Under the pieces are notes generated by a model that saw only the letters and a list, made by a program, of their open reading frames with translations, did no database searches and was not told the DNA's origin. A stretch of 64,000 bases of DNA from an uncultured Actinomycetes bacterium. Its GTDB lineage: Bacteria > Actinomycetota > Thermoleophilia > Gaiellales > JALYLC01. The stretch spans positions 330,794 through 394,793 of the forward strand of contig CAVUPB010000008.1 in NCBI GenBank assembly GCA_963743275.1, read 5' to 3'. Below, one piece after another: positions 1-9,031 of the stretch. The position numbers and the translations under genes are program-made. The first letter of the stretch is position 1, and every line of letters starts with the position of its first letter.

Positions 1-323
1 GTCTCGCGCACGACGATCCGGCAGAGGCCGGGCAGGGCGGGTGCGAGACGCTGCCAGATCCAGCGCGCGAGGTTCTCGCTGGTGGGGTTCTCGAGGCCCT
101 CGATCTCGTTCAGGTAGTGGTGGTCGAGCTGCGCGTGGAGGGGCTTGAACGCCGCCTCCAGCGCGGCGAAGTCCATGAACCAGCCGAGCTGCTCGTCGAC
201 GGTGCCGCGTGCGTGGATCGCGACGCGGAAGGAGTGGCCGTGCAGGCGCGCGCACTTGTGCTCGGGCGGCACCATGGGGAGGCGGTGGGCGGCCTCGAAC
301 GTGAACTCCTTGAAGATCTCCAC
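1..323 (-). CDS. queD: 6-carboxy-5,6,7,8-tetrahydropterin synthase QueD (3' end runs off the window)
   Basis: Minus-strand translation from GTG at 321-323 reads [40 protein letters not shown]...[10 protein letters not shown], typical of QueD/PTPS. The start overlaps the queE TAG (323-325) by 1 nt. It is absent from the ORF track because there is no stop inside the window. Confidence 0.85.
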   Translation of the reverse strand, partial: MEIFKEFTFEAAHRLPMVPPEHKCARLHGHSFRVAIHARGTVDEQLGWFMDFAALEAAFKPLHAQLDHHYLNEIEGLENPTSENLARWIWQRLAPALPGLCRIVVRE

Positions 324-962
324 TAGCGGATGCCGGTGATCTTGTGGGTCTGCAGGCTGAGGCGCCACTGCGGGTGGGCGAGGCAGTAGGCGATCGCCGC
401 GGCGATGTTGGCGTCGAGCTCGGGGCCGTCCATGGGCTGCAGGAAGAAGTGCTCGAAGTCGGCGTCGGCGAAGCGCTCGGGCGGCGCGAGCGCCTGCGGG
501 TAGACGAGCTTGAGCTCGTCGCCGCGCAGGAGCACCGTCGCCGATCCCGCCTTGGGGCTGACGCAGATCCAGTCGATCCCGGGCGGGGGCTCGAGCGTGC
601 CGTTCGTCTCGACGGCGATTGCGAAGCCGGCGCCGTGCAGCGCAGCGACGAGCGCCGCGTCCAGCTGCAGGAGCGGCTCGCCGCCGGTGCACACGACGAG
701 CGGACGGCTGCGCCCGTTGACACGGCGGCCAGCGCTCGGCGACGGCGCTCGCGAGCTCGGCGGCGGTGCGGAACTTGCCGCCGAAGGTGCCGTCGGTGCC
801 GACGAAGTCGGTGTCGCAGAACGTGCACACGGCGCTCGCGCGGTCCTTCTCGCGCCCGCTCCAGAGGTTGCAGCCGGCGAAGCGGCAGAACACCGCGGGC
901 CGCCCGGCGTTCGCGCCCTCGCCCTGCAGGGTGTAGAAGATCTCCTTGACCGCGTACGTCAT
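323..962 (-). pseudogene. queE: 7-carboxy-7-deazaguanine synthase QueE, reading frame broken near 720-730
   Basis: From ATG 962: [46 protein letters not shown]...AERW, a radical-SAM QueE of the Burkholderia type. The C-terminal part (track ORF 323..694 and upstream, ..[28 protein letters not shown]) is in another frame. One extra nt lies in tggccgCcgtgtc. Confidence 0.8.
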
Positions 963-1667
963 CGGCGTCACCCCGGCGCCGGGCGCGTACGCGCCCGGAT
1001 CGGGCACGCCGACCGCCGCGAACCCCCGCAGCCGCAGCCGGCAGGCATCGCAGGCGCCGCACGCGCGGCCCTCGGCGTCGGGGTCGTAGCAGCTCTGCGT
1101 GACCGCGTAGTCGACCCCCAGCTCGAGCCCGCGGCGGATGATGCCCTCCTTCGTGAGCTGCATCAGCGGCGCGTGGATCGTCAGCCGCTGCGTGCCCTCG
1201 ACACCGGCCTTCGTGGCCAGGTTCGCCATCCGCTCGAACGCCTCGATGTACTCCGGCCGGCAGTCCGGATAGCCGCTGTAGTCGAGCGCGTTGACGCCCA
1301 CGAAGATGTCGCTCGCCGCCAGCGTCTCGGCCCACGCCAGCGCGAACGACAGGAAGATCGTGTTGCGCGCGGGCACGTACGTGATCGGGATCCCGGCGCC
1401 CATCTCCTCGTCCGAGCGGCCCTTCGGCACCGCGATGTCGGCCGTCAGCGCCGACCCCCCGAAGACGCGCAGGTCGATCTCCGCGACCACGTGCTCGGCA
1501 CCCGCCGCCGCAGCGATACGCCGCGCCGCCTCCAGCTCGATCACGTGCCGCTGCCCGTAGCGGAAGCTCAGCGCGTACGGCACGAACCCCTCGCTGCGCG
1601 CGATCGCCAGCACCGTCGACGAATCGAGACCGCCGCTCAGGAGCACCACTGCGCGCTTGCCGCTCAT
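963..1667 (-). CDS. queC: 7-cyano-7-deazaguanine synthase QueC (no in-frame stop before the queE ATG)
   Basis: ATG at 1667: [41 protein letters not shown]... and C-terminal ..[14 protein letters not shown]. The frame runs straight into the queE start at 962 without a stop, so the 3' end is assigned by homology only. Confidence 0.8.
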
Positions 1668-1687
1668 ACGCCATCAGACTACGACGA

Positions 1688-2434
1688 GTGACCGCCGCGA
1701 GGATCGCGCAGGGCATCGACGCCGAGCTCCGGGCCGCCGGCGATCCCGAGCGCGCCGAGGGCGAGAAGCGCTATCTCAAGAGCGCGCTCGAGCACTACGG
1801 GACGGGCGTCCCCGCGACCCGCCGGGTCGTCAAGACGGCGCTCGCCCGCCACCCGGGCCTCGCGCACGCGGACGTCGTCGGGATCGCCGAGGCGCTCTGG
1901 GCGCGCCCCGTGCACGAGTGCCGCGCCGCTGCCGTCGAGCTGCTCGACCTCCGCGGCGAGCTGCTCGGGCCGGGCGACATCGGGCTCCTCGAGCGGCTGA
2001 TCCGCGAGTCGCGCACGTGGGCGCTCGTCGACGGGCTGGCGGCGAGCGTGACCGGGCCGCTGGTCGAGCGCTGCCCCGAGCTCGGGGCGGTACTCGACCG
2101 CTGGGCGGCGGACGACGACTTCTGGGTGCGGCGCTCGGCGCTGCTCGCGCTGCTGCTGCCGCTCCGCCAGGGCCGTGGCGACTTCGAGCGCTTCGGCCGC
2201 TATGCGGACGCGATGCTGGAGGAGAAGGAGTTCTTCGTGCGCAAGGCGATCGGGTGGGTGCTGCGCGACACCTCGAGGAAGCGGCCCGAGCTCGTCTCCG
2301 CGTGGCTGCGGCCGCGCGCGGGGCGGGCCTCGGGCGTGACCGTGCGCGAGGCGGTCAAGCACCTTCCCGAGGCGGAGCGCGGCGAGATCATGGGCGCATA
2401 CCGGCTCGCCTCCGTGCGCGCTCGGCGTCCCTAG
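1688..2434 (+). CDS. DNA alkylation repair protein (AlkD-like HEAT-repeat family)
   Basis: Track ORF of 248 aa with EKRYLKS..HYGTGVP, FWVRRSALLALL and FFVRKAIGWVLR, typical of the DNA_alkylation family. Confidence 0.75.
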   Translation: MTAARIAQGIDAELRAAGDPERAEGEKRYLKSALEHYGTGVPATRRVVKTALARHPGLAHADVVGIAEALWARPVHECRAAAVELLDLRGELLGPGDIGLLERLIRESRTWALVDGLAASVTGPLVERCPELGAVLDRWAADDDFWVRRSALLALLLPLRQGRGDFERFGRYADAMLEEKEFFVRKAIGWVLRDTSRKRPELVSAWLRPRAGRASGVTVREAVKHLPEAERGEIMGAYRLASVRARRP

Positions 2435-2570
2435 CGCTTCCCTCGGCGCGGGCATTGCGTCGATTGGGACTCACGCTCGCAGGCGTTCGATCCGATGCAT
2501 GGACGCAGCAGCGCATTGCGCGCGTCGCGCGTGTCCGCGCGGGCAGCTGCAGGAGAAGGAGGGTCCCCCA

Positions 2571-4973
2571 GTGATTCGGCTGACGAATCTGATCGTCTAC
2601 TCGCGCGTCCCCGGGTCGCTGGCCACGGGCCGCCCCGGCGCGCACAGGCGCCCGGCTCTGCCCGACGCACCCGCCCCCGCCCGGACGCCCGGCCGGGGAA
2701 CGCGGCGGCCATCGCACCTGTGGGCGCTCGCGGCGATCGGCGCCTTCGTGGCCGTCTACGCCTCGTGGCAGCTCTTCCGCTGGGGACCTGCGGGGTCCCG
2801 CGGATTCCTCGCCGACGCCTTCTTCTACCCGATCGAGATCGCAGCGGTGGTCACCGCGTGGCGCGCATCGCAGCGCTGCACCGGCATGCACCGGCTGCAG
2901 ACCGCCTGGCGCGTGCTCTCGCTCGCATCGCTCGTGTACTTCGCCGGCGATGTCACCTGGAGCGGCTACGAGCTGGCGGGCGCCAGTCCCTATCCGTCGC
3001 TCGCCGACGCCTTCTACCTCGCGTTCTACCCGCTGATGCTGTGGGGTCTGCTCTCGTTCCCCGTGGCCCGGCGGGGCGGCGACCACGTTCGGCTGGCGCT
3101 CGATCTCGCCGTCGTCGTGATCGGCGCATCGGCGGTCGTGGTCTATGTCGTGCTCGGTCCGAATGCCGTTGCGGGCGGCTCGAGCGCGTTGCAGACGGCC
3201 TTTTCGATCGCGTATCCCGTCGGCGACATGGTGCTCCTCATCGGGTTGGCGTGGGTGCTCCTGCGGCAATCGATCCCGTCCGCCCGCCGCGCGCTGGCCT
3301 TCATGGCCGGTGGGCTCCTCCTGTACGTCGCCGGCGATCTCGTCTATGGCTACATGACGCTGCACTCCGGCTACCAGAGCGGCGACCGCGTCGACCTGCT
3401 CTACATGGCCGCGCTCGGCTTCGTCGCCGTCGCGGCCACGGCGCAGGAACCGGTCGCCCGGCCGCAGCGGCTGGCGCAGGGCCCGACCCGCGAGCAGATC
3501 GGCTGGCTGCCGTACACGGCCGTCGCGGTGGGGTTCGCCGTCCTGCTGGTGTCGCAGCGAGATCACGCGTTCTTCCCCGACCTCACCCTGATCCTCATCG
3601 CCATCGTCCTCGCGGCGCTGGTCGCGGCGCGACAGTTCTTCGCCCAGCGCGATCTCCTCGGCGCCCAGGGCATGCTCCGCCACCAGGCGCTGCACGATGC
3701 CCTGACCGGGTTGCCCAATCGCACGCTCGTGCTCGACCGCGCCGAGCAGGTGCTGGCACGCGCGCGGCGCCAGAGCACCCCGGTGGCCGCGCTCTACATC
3801 GACATCGACGGCTTCAAGCACGTCAACGACAGCTTCGGCCATGCCGCGGGCGACGAGCTGCTGAAGGCCGTCGCGGCACGTCTCAAGGGCGTGGTGCGCG
3901 ACGGCGATACGGTGGGCCGGATCGGCGGCGACGAGTTCGTCGTCGTGCTCGACTCGCCGACGCTCGACGCCGGCCCCGAGCTCGTCCTCGAGCGCATCCT
4001 CGAGGTCTTGCGCCAGCCCGTCGCCGTCAGCCAGCTGGGCGAGCGCTCGCTCGTCGTGACCGCCAGCATCGGGCTCGCAATGGGTCAGCGCGCGAGCGCC
4101 GACCAGCTCCTGCGGGACGCCGACCTGGCGCTCTACGAGGCGAAGGCCACCGGCAAGGACCGCTACGTGCTCTTCGAGTCCGCCATGCAGACGGTCGCGC
4201 AGGATCGCCTTCTGCTCGAGATGGACCTGCGCGAGGCGTTGGAGCGCGACGAGCTGTTCCTGCAGTATCAGCCGACGTTCGACCTCCAGAGCCGCGCGAT
4301 CTTCGGCGTGGAGGCGTTGATCCGCTGGCGTCACCCGCGCCGCGGCGTCGTCGCCCCCGACGAGTTCATCCCGATCGCCGAGCAGACAGGGCTGATCGTC
4401 CCGATCGGCCACTGGGTGCTGCGCGAGGCCTGCCGGCAGGCGGCGTCGTGGCACCGGGCCGGACACGCGGTCGGCATCGCCGTCAACGTCTCCCCGCGCC
4501 AGCTGGAGCGCGACGACTTCATCGACGACGTGCGCGAAGCGCTCGCCGAGACCGGACTCGACGCCGCGATGCTCACGCTCGAGATCACCGAGACGACGCT
4601 CATGCGGGCACCCGACACCGCCGCGCGCCTCCAGCGGCTGAAGGACCTGGGCCTCCGCCTCGCGATCGACGACTTCGGCACCGGCTACAGCTCGCTCGCG
4701 TACCTGCGCCAGTTCCCCGTCGATGCGCTCAAGATCGATCGCTCCTTCATCTCCGGCAACGCCGGCTCGACCGAATCGGTTGCGCTCATCCACACGCTCG
4801 TGCAACTCGGCAAGTCGCTCGGACTGCAGACGCTCGGCGAGGGGATCGAGGACCACGAACAGCTTCGGCGCCTGCAGGACGAGCACTGCGATCTCGGCCA
4901 GGGATTCCTGCTCGCGCGCCCGCTCGACGCCCGCGATGTCGAGCGCTTCCTCGCGGTGGCGCTCGCCGCCTGA
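2571..4973 (+). CDS. Membrane-anchored diguanylate cyclase/phosphodiesterase (GGDEF-EAL)
   Basis: Track ORF 2499..4973. Hydrophobic N-terminal half, then the GGDEF domain (RIGGDEFVVVL) and the EAL domain (EALIRW..DDFGTGYSSL). A GTG at 2571 follows GAAGGAGGG by 7 nt, so I prefer it over ATG 2499. Confidence 0.9.
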   Translation: MIRLTNLIVYSRVPGSLATGRPGAHRRPALPDAPAPARTPGRGTRRPSHLWALAAIGAFVAVYASWQLFRWGPAGSRGFLADAFFYPIEIAAVVTAWRASQRCTGMHRLQTAWRVLSLASLVYFAGDVTWSGYELAGASPYPSLADAFYLAFYPLMLWGLLSFPVARRGGDHVRLALDLAVVVIGASAVVVYVVLGPNAVAGGSSALQTAFSIAYPVGDMVLLIGLAWVLLRQSIPSARRALAFMAGGLLLYVAGDLVYGYMTLHSGYQSGDRVDLLYMAALGFVAVAATAQEPVARPQRLAQGPTREQIGWLPYTAVAVGFAVLLVSQRDHAFFPDLTLILIAIVLAALVAARQFFAQRDLLGAQGMLRHQALHDALTGLPNRTLVLDRAEQVLARARRQSTPVAALYIDIDGFKHVNDSFGHAAGDELLKAVAARLKGVVRDGDTVGRIGGDEFVVVLDSPTLDAGPELVLERILEVLRQPVAVSQLGERSLVVTASIGLAMGQRASADQLLRDADLALYEAKATGKDRYVLFESAMQTVAQDRLLLEMDLREALERDELFLQYQPTFDLQSRAIFGVEALIRWRHPRRGVVAPDEFIPIAEQTGLIVPIGHWVLREACRQAASWHRAGHAVGIAVNVSPRQLERDDFIDDVREALAETGLDAAMLTLEITETTLMRAPDTAARLQRLKDLGLRLAIDDFGTGYSSLAYLRQFPVDALKIDRSFISGNAGSTESVALIHTLVQLGKSLGLQTLGEGIEDHEQLRRLQDEHCDLGQGFLLARPLDARDVERFLAVALAA

Positions 4974-4981
4974 CGGGCGGG

Positions 4982-5449
4982 CTACGTGAAGATGATCTGC
5001 CCTCCGCCGGCCTGTGCGTAGAACTCGCCGACGGTGATGATGTCGTCGACCTGGTCGATGAAGTCCTCGCGCGTCAGCTTGAACATGTCGACCGACGCCT
5101 TGCAGGCATAGAGGCCGGCGCCGGAGTCGGAGATCATCTCGATGAACTCCGGGATCGGCGGGATGTCGAGCCCCTCCATCGCCTTCTCGAGCTGGTGCGT
5201 GACGATCGCGCTCATCCCGGGGAGGCCGCCGAGCCAGGTCGCCAGGTGCAGGCCGGGGTTGCCGACCGTGGCCGCCTTGATGTGGTCGTGGCGCTTGCGG
5301 CTGATCGCGTCCATGCCGAAGAACGTGAAGAAGAGGTTGGCCTCGATCCCCTCCATGCGCGCGCCGTTGGCCATGATGAGGCCGGGGTAGACACCCTCCA
5401 GCGAGCCCTTCGAGATGATGATCGAGACCTTCTCGATCTGGTCGCTCAT
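4982..5449 (-). CDS. DsrE/DsrF-like sulfur-relay family protein
   Basis: ATG at 5449 is preceded by AGGAGG. The sequence MSDQIEKVSIIISKGSLEGVYPGLIMANGA...LYACKASVDMF resembles COG2210/DsrE2-type proteins. The longer track ORF (to 5704) is an Arg/Pro-rich extension. Confidence 0.75.
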   Translation of the reverse strand: MSDQIEKVSIIISKGSLEGVYPGLIMANGARMEGIEANLFFTFFGMDAISRKRHDHIKAATVGNPGLHLATWLGGLPGMSAIVTHQLEKAMEGLDIPPIPEFIEMISDSGAGLYACKASVDMFKLTREDFIDQVDDIITVGEFYAQAGGGQIIFT

Positions 5450-5457
5450 CACGCCTC

Positions 5458-5775
5458 CTAGATGCAGCCGTGGGGCTTGGGGATGCCGCCGATCTTGGCG
5501 GCGAGCTTGGCCGGGCCCTTGGGGAAGAGCTGGTAGAGCTCCTTGATCGCGACGCCCGAGCTCTTGCCGAGGCTGCGGATGCTGGGCGCCTGGCCGTCGC
5601 GCAGATACGCGTCGCGCATGAACCGCACGACCTGCCAGTGCCGGTCGGACAGCTCGGCGATGCCGTTGTCGCGGGCGATCTCCGCCGCGATCTCCTCGTT
5701 CCACTGGGTCGCGTCGGTGAGGAATCCCTCGCCGTCGACGTCGACGGCGGCACCGGCGATGGTGGCGGTGGTCAT
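5458..5775 (-). CDS. TusE/DsrC/DsvC family sulfur-relay protein
   Basis: 105 aa ending ..IGGIPKPHGCI, the conserved C-terminal arm with Cys. The ATG overlaps the upstream gene's TGA (ATGA), and a GAAGGAG RBS is present. Confidence 0.85.
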   Translation of the reverse strand: MTTATIAGAAVDVDGEGFLTDATQWNEEIAAEIARDNGIAELSDRHWQVVRFMRDAYLRDGQAPSIRSLGKSSGVAIKELYQLFPKGPAKLAAKIGGIPKPHGCI

Positions 5776-7013
5776 GCGTGCTCCTTCTCGTGATGGCGGA
5801 GCTGCGCGCCGATGCCCGGGATGTCGCGGCCGGGGAGCAGCGCGTGCCAGTAGAGCGACTGGAAGAGCAGCTTGCCGAGGTGGTTCGCGCGCGACTCGCG
5901 CATGAGCGGCAGCGGGCCGAGGTGCTCGAGCGGGTAGCGCCCGGGCAGCGGCTCGACCTCGTAGTTGAAGTCGATCAGGAGGGCCTTGCCGAAGCCCGTC
6001 TCGACGAAGCAGTTGGCGTGGCCGTCGAACGAGCCCTCGAGCGGCTGCTTGGCGAGGAAGCGCCGGATGTTGGCCGTGAGCGTGTCGGCCTCGAAGTGCG
6101 TGACCGAGCCGGCCTTCGACGTCGGGAGGTTGGCGGCATCGCCGATCGCGAAGATGTTCGCCGCGGCCTGCGTCTGGAGCGTGTGCGGATCGGCCCGCAC
6201 GAACCCCGTGTCGTCGCCGAGGCCGGGCGAGCGATCGACGTAGGCGGCGCCGGCGTGCAGCGGAACGGTCACGAGCAGGTCGAAGCGCTCCTCGCGCTCG
6301 TCGTAGCTGCGGAGCACGCCCGACCCGCCGTCGACCGAGCCGGTGTTGAACTCGGTCACGAGCTCGATGTGCTTCGCGGCGAGCAGGCCGGAGAGCATGT
6401 CCGAGGCGGCCGGCTTGGTGAAGGCGCCGTCGAGCGGCGTGACGTAGACGATCTCGCTGCGGTCGCGGATCCCGCGCTCGGTCAGGTACCAGTCGGCGAG
6501 GAACGCGAACTCGAGGGGCGCGACCGGGCACTTGATCGGCATGTCGACGGGGTTCACGACGAGGCGCCCGCCGGCGAAGCGCTCGAGAGCGGCGGCGAGC
6601 GCCGTCGCCCCCTCGGCCGTGTAGAACGGGAAGACCGTCTCGAGCCAGCCGTCGCCCGTCAGGCCCTCGGTCTCCTCGGGGACGAGCCGCGCGCCCGTGG
6701 CCACGATCAGGACGTCGTAGCCGACGACGATGCCGTGGCCGAGATGCACCTCGCTGCACGCGGGGTCGACGCCCTCGACGTCGGCCTCGATCGCGTGCAC
6801 GTCGCGGTGGTACTGCCGCTGCCGTGAGCGCACGAGATGCTCGGCGTCGGCGAGCCCGAACGGCACGAACAGGAGCCCCGGCTGGTAGACGTGGTCGTCG
6901 TCGCGGTCGATGACCGTGATCTCGGCCTCGTCCGGCGAGTAGGCCCGGCGCAGGCGATTGGCCATGATCGTGCCGCCGGTGCCGCCCCCGAGGATGACGA
7001 TGCGGTGAGCCAT
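5772..7013 (-). CDS. Sulfide:quinone oxidoreductase-like FAD-dependent pyridine nucleotide-disulfide oxidoreductase
   Basis: ATG at 7013: MAHRIVILGGGTGGTIMANRL (Rossmann GxGxxG), ..IFAIGDAANLPTSKAGS... It sits in an operon with the TusE and DsrE genes. Confidence 0.75.
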   Translation of the reverse strand: MAHRIVILGGGTGGTIMANRLRRAYSPDEAEITVIDRDDDHVYQPGLLFVPFGLADAEHLVRSRQRQYHRDVHAIEADVEGVDPACSEVHLGHGIVVGYDVLIVATGARLVPEETEGLTGDGWLETVFPFYTAEGATALAAALERFAGGRLVVNPVDMPIKCPVAPLEFAFLADWYLTERGIRDRSEIVYVTPLDGAFTKPAASDMLSGLLAAKHIELVTEFNTGSVDGGSGVLRSYDEREERFDLLVTVPLHAGAAYVDRSPGLGDDTGFVRADPHTLQTQAAANIFAIGDAANLPTSKAGSVTHFEADTLTANIRRFLAKQPLEGSFDGHANCFVETGFGKALLIDFNYEVEPLPGRYPLEHLGPLPLMRESRANHLGKLLFQSLYWHALLPGRDIPGIGAQLRHHEKEHA

Positions 7014-7069
7014 GCCCTGATCGTGCCGCGCCGCCGCGCCGCCGCCATCGGGAGTGAGCCGTCCGATCT

Positions 7070-7112
7070 CTACGGGTTTTCCGTAGGGGCGTTGCGTGCG
7101 GACGCCGTTGCG
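7070..7112. promoter_or_regulatory. Candidate operator elements in the SQR / osmC-cydAB divergent intergenic region
   Basis: Inverted repeat CTACGG-gtttt-CCGTAG (7070-7086), plus direct repeat CGTTGCG at 7090-7096 and 7106-7112, within the 129-bp divergent region 7014-7142. Confidence 0.25.
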
Positions 7113-7142
7113 AACTCCACGGGGGTGCGCGACGCTCGGAAC

Positions 7143-7625
7143 ATGAGTACCAGCAGCGCACACGATGGCGGGTTGCGGGCCAGTGCCCGCTCGCTCGGCG
7201 GGTCGCTCCGTCAGGAGGTCGTCATCGACGGCGGCCGGCACACGCTCTTCACGGACGAGCCCGAGCATCTCGGCGGGGAGGACACCGGCCCGGCGCCGCA
7301 CGAGCTCTTCCCGGCGGCGCTCGCCTCGTGTGTGGCCACCACGGTTCAGATGTACGCACGCGCGCGCAGCTGGGACATCGGGGACGTGCGCGTCGACGTC
7401 GACTACGACCACCGCTCGACGCCGCGTCGCTTCGCGATCGTCCTGCACCTCGACCGGTCGCTCACGCGCGAACGCGCCGAGCGCCTCACCAAGGTCGCCG
7501 AGGGCTGCCCGGTGCGGCGCGCGATCGAGAGCGGGATCGTGTTCGAGGAGCGGGTCGTGCTCGACGGGAAGCGCCGCGTGGCCGCGGTCCCCGCAACCAC
7601 CGGCGCCGAGCGCGGGCGCGCGTGA
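7143..7625 (+). CDS. OsmC family protein (peroxiredoxin-like)
   Basis: ..VIDGGRHTLFTDEPEHLGGEDTGPAPHELFPAALASCVATT.. is the typical OsmC/Ohr core. Its stop overlaps the cydA GTG. Confidence 0.75.
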   Translation: MSTSSAHDGGLRASARSLGGSLRQEVVIDGGRHTLFTDEPEHLGGEDTGPAPHELFPAALASCVATTVQMYARARSWDIGDVRVDVDYDHRSTPRRFAIVLHLDRSLTRERAERLTKVAEGCPVRRAIESGIVFEERVVLDGKRRVAAVPATTGAERGRA

Positions 7626-9019
7626 GCAACCTCGACCTCGCGCGCTGGCAGTTCGGCGTCACGACGGTCTACCACTTCCTGTTCGTCCCGATCACGATCG
7701 GCATCACGTGGTTCGTGGCCGTGTTCGAGACGCTCTGGTACCGGCGCCGCGACGAGCATCACCTGCGGCTGACGCGCTTCTTCGGCAAGCTGATGCTCAT
7801 CAACTTCGCGATCGGCGTGGTCACGGGGATCGTGCAGGAGTTCCAGTTCGGCATGAACTGGAGCACCTACTCGCGCTACGTCGGCGACATCTTCGGCGCA
7901 CCGCTCGCGATGGAGGCGCTCGCCGCGTTCTTCCTCGAGTCGACGTTCCTGGGGCTGTGGATCTTCGGCTGGGGCCGGCTGTCCGCGCGCCTCCACCTCG
8001 TGATCATCTACGCGGTCGCGTTCGGATCGACGCTCAGCGCGTTCTTCATCCTCGCCGCGAACTCCTGGATGCAGCACCCGGTCGGCTACACGATCAATGC
8101 GGCCACGGGCCGGGCCGAGATGACGTCGATCGGCCGCGTCCTCACCAATTCGACGCTGCTCTACGCCTTCCCGCACACGATCGGCGCCGCCCTCATGACG
8201 GCCGGGATGATCGTCGCGGGCATCGCGGCGTGGCACGTCGCACGCGGCTCGCACGTCGAGATGTTCGCGCCTGCGCTGCGTCTCGCGCTCCCGGTCGTGT
8301 TCGTCGCCGCGATCGCGACGACGCTCATCGGCCACGCCCAGGCGCAGCTCATGACCGAGCAGCAGCCGATGAAGATGGCTGCCGCCGAGGCGCTCTACAC
8401 GACGCAGAAGGGCGCGCCCTTCTCGCTCTTCGCCGTGGCGCCGTTCGAGCACAATCCCACGCGCTCGACGTTCGACATCACGATCCCGCACGGACTCTCG
8501 ATCCTCTCGAGCAACTCGTGGAACGGCAACGTGGAGGGGATCAACGACCTCAATCGCGACTACCGGGCGAAGTACGGACCGGGCGAGTACGCCCCCGTCG
8601 TCGGCGTCACCTACTGGACGTTCCGGATCATGACCGGTATCGGCTTCCTCGCCGCGGCGATCTCCGGGTTCGGGCTGTGGCTGCTCTGGCGGCGCCGGCT
8701 CGAGGCGTCGCGCCGGTACCTGCGCATCCTCACGCTCGCGATCGCCCTGCCCATCCTGGCGAACGCCGCCGGCTGGATCTTCACCGAGATGGGACGCCAG
8801 CCTTGGGTCGTGCAGGGCCTGCTGAAGACATCGGACGCCGTCTCGCCGAGCGTATCGGCGTGGGAGGTCGGCCTCACACTCGCCGGCTTCACGCTGCTCT
8901 ACGGCGTGCTCGCGGCCGTCGACGGCTGGCTCATGTTCCGCTACGCGCGGAGCGCCCCCGCCGATGCGCCCGATCCCGATGCGCCCGACCCTGCCCGCGA
9001 ACTCTCGATGGCGTACTGA
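7622..9019 (+). CDS. cydA: Cytochrome bd ubiquinol oxidase subunit I
   Basis: VSNLDLARWQFGVTTVYHFLFVPITIG...GIVQEFQFGMNWS. GTG 7622 is in frame with track ORF 7328..9019. Confidence 0.95.
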   Translation: MSNLDLARWQFGVTTVYHFLFVPITIGITWFVAVFETLWYRRRDEHHLRLTRFFGKLMLINFAIGVVTGIVQEFQFGMNWSTYSRYVGDIFGAPLAMEALAAFFLESTFLGLWIFGWGRLSARLHLVIIYAVAFGSTLSAFFILAANSWMQHPVGYTINAATGRAEMTSIGRVLTNSTLLYAFPHTIGAALMTAGMIVAGIAAWHVARGSHVEMFAPALRLALPVVFVAAIATTLIGHAQAQLMTEQQPMKMAAAEALYTTQKGAPFSLFAVAPFEHNPTRSTFDITIPHGLSILSSNSWNGNVEGINDLNRDYRAKYGPGEYAPVVGVTYWTFRIMTGIGFLAAAISGFGLWLLWRRRLEASRRYLRILTLAIALPILANAAGWIFTEMGRQPWVVQGLLKTSDAVSPSVSAWEVGLTLAGFTLLYGVLAAVDGWLMFRYARSAPADAPDPDAPDPARELSMAY

Positions 9020-9031
9020 GGAGCCCGGAGA

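Noticed and set aside
1-1667. Single 1,667-nt open frame as a genuine QueC-QueE-QueD polyprotein
   Set aside because: The central ~130 codons of that frame are the out-of-frame reading of the queE 3' half, whose conserved sequence sits in another frame. The openness is therefore a high-GC coincidence, not a designed fusion.
2388-5753. 1,121-aa ORF on the minus strand
   Set aside because: It is antisense to the well-supported GGDEF-EAL gene. The translation is Arg/Pro/Ala/Gly-rich low complexity with no motifs, a typical shadow ORF of high-GC DNA.
5458-7448. Long N-terminal extensions of the track ORFs 5458..7161 (567 aa) and 5772..7448 (558 aa)
   Set aside because: Internal ATGs with RBS or ATGA coupling give proteins of canonical length (TusE 105 aa, SQR-like 413 aa). 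The extensions are Arg/Pro-rich and overlap neighbouring genes.
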